In this document: in pieces, positions 63,158 through 64,000 of the stretch
Layout: every line of letters begins with the position of its first letter
Numbering within the stretch: the stretch's first letter is position 1
NCBI GenBank assembly: GCA_965208125.1
Contig: OZ242320.1
Location: 5,440,001 to 5,504,000 of the forward strand
Origin: Candidatus Latescibacterota bacterium
GTDB taxonomy: Bacteria; Latescibacterota; UBA2968
DNA: 64,000 nucleotides
Direction of reading: 5' to 3'
Made by a program: the position numbers and the translations under genes
The notes under the pieces: model-generated
The model's database searches: none
What the model was told of the DNA's origin: nothing
What the model saw: only the letters and a program-made list of their open reading frames with translations

Positions 63158-64000
63158 ATGTCAAAAGGTCTCACATTTTTTAAACTATGCGCCACCTCGG
63201 CCTTTGCAATACTGACGTGGATCGCTTCGGGCATATCATTATTAGACGATGATTGGGGCCATCTCAAATTGGCATCCAAAGGCTTTGTCTTCGCTTTGAC
63301 AACCGGATGGGAGGGCCTGGTCGGGCAAGGAGGATATTATCGCCCGGCAGTTGTTTTATCGTTTTATCTGGACTATTTAATCGGCGGTTACGCGCCCGCT
63401 ATTTATCACATACACAATATTTTGATTCACGCGGGATGCGCGTATCTCGTTTTTTTATTTGCGCGATGCCTTTCCACAGACTCCGTGGTAGCCTGGGGGG
63501 CCGCGCTTTTGTTTTTTGTGCTACCCATTCACACCGATTCTATCTTCTGGATTGTCGGGCGCACAGATCTCTTGTGTGCATTATTCTATCTGGGCGCGTT
63601 GATTTTCTTTTTAAAATATATAGAGCGCGGTTCGACCGGCGCGCTATTGGGACTTGCAGCTTGTAGTGCGCTCGCTTTTTTATCCAAAGAAATGGCAGTT
63701 TCCCTACCCATCGCGCTCGCGGCACTGGTCGCGTATCGCAAAGCGTGGAAAACAGCACAGGCGCGACGCGGATTGGCTGTTGTCTGTATCGTATTGCTCG
63801 CGTATTTTGGCGTCCGATGGCTCGTGCTGGGCAGCGTATTGGGAGGGACACCCCGCGTATCAATTATAGATTGGACGCGCGATGGAATGAAAGCAGTAGC
63901 AAAATTTGGGATGAGTGATATCTGGTGGCTGGGCATTGCATTGGTGATCGGAAGTGCTGGAATTTTTATTTATCAACACGGTCGCGGCATCCTGCGCAAA
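63158..64000 (+). CDS. GT-C fold polytopic membrane glycosyltransferase (TMTC/PMT-like), 3'-partial
   Basis: Not in the ORF track because it runs off the edge: LLDDDW...YYRP...YHIHNILIH...PIHTDSIFWIVGRTDLL...LSKEMA. Confidence 0.75.
   Translation, partial: MSKGLTFFKLCATSAFAILTWIASGISLLDDDWGHLKLASKGFVFALTTGWEGLVGQGGYYRPAVVLSFYLDYLIGGYAPAIYHIHNILIHAGCAYLVFLFARCLSTDSVVAWGAALLFFVLPIHTDSIFWIVGRTDLLCALFYLGALIFFLKYIERGSTGALLGLAACSALAFLSKEMAVSLPIALAALVAYRKAWKTAQARRGLAVVCIVLLAYFGVRWLVLGSVLGGTPRVSIIDWTRDGMKAVAKFGMSDIWWLGIALVIGSAGIFIYQHGRGILRK

Overview
Bacterial chromosomal window rich in eukaryote-like repeat proteins (LRR, TPR, HEAT, WG, FN3/beta-propeller) and PhyH dioxygenases. That content suggests a host-associated organism such as a sponge symbiont (inference only). 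Left to right: (1) a sulfotransferase-like/aminotransferase IV pair, PhyH, and a beta-helix/sialidase/amidohydrolase cluster (1-6.6 kb); (2) an accessory surface-protein region with a LamG-CsgG fusion, a 1922-aa LRR/metalloprotease mosaic, two broken genes and an XRE regulator (6.6-16.6 kb); (3) three BlaI + M56-TonB sensor modules interleaved with variable envelope genes, including GWxTD-TPR, FN3/propeller lipoproteins, HEAT, WG, a duplicated beta-barrel and htpX (16.7-38.9 kb); (4) the standout: an operon encoding an orphan ECF sigma factor, an ABC exporter and a ~1028-aa single-chain miniaturised RpoB-RpoC fusion. The fusion keeps the catalytic NxDFDGD motif and the sigma-binding clamp helices but appears to lack the beta lobe, flap, beta' zinc finger and trigger loop (39.0-44.6 kb); (5) a TraR/DksA-finger protein pair, nadC, uvrB, DUF3179 with two OM barrels, sugar-acid catabolism genes and the start of a polysaccharide/glycosylation cluster. 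No rRNA, tRNA, CRISPR array, integrase or transposase was recognised. All family assignments come from motifs recognised by eye, not from database searches.
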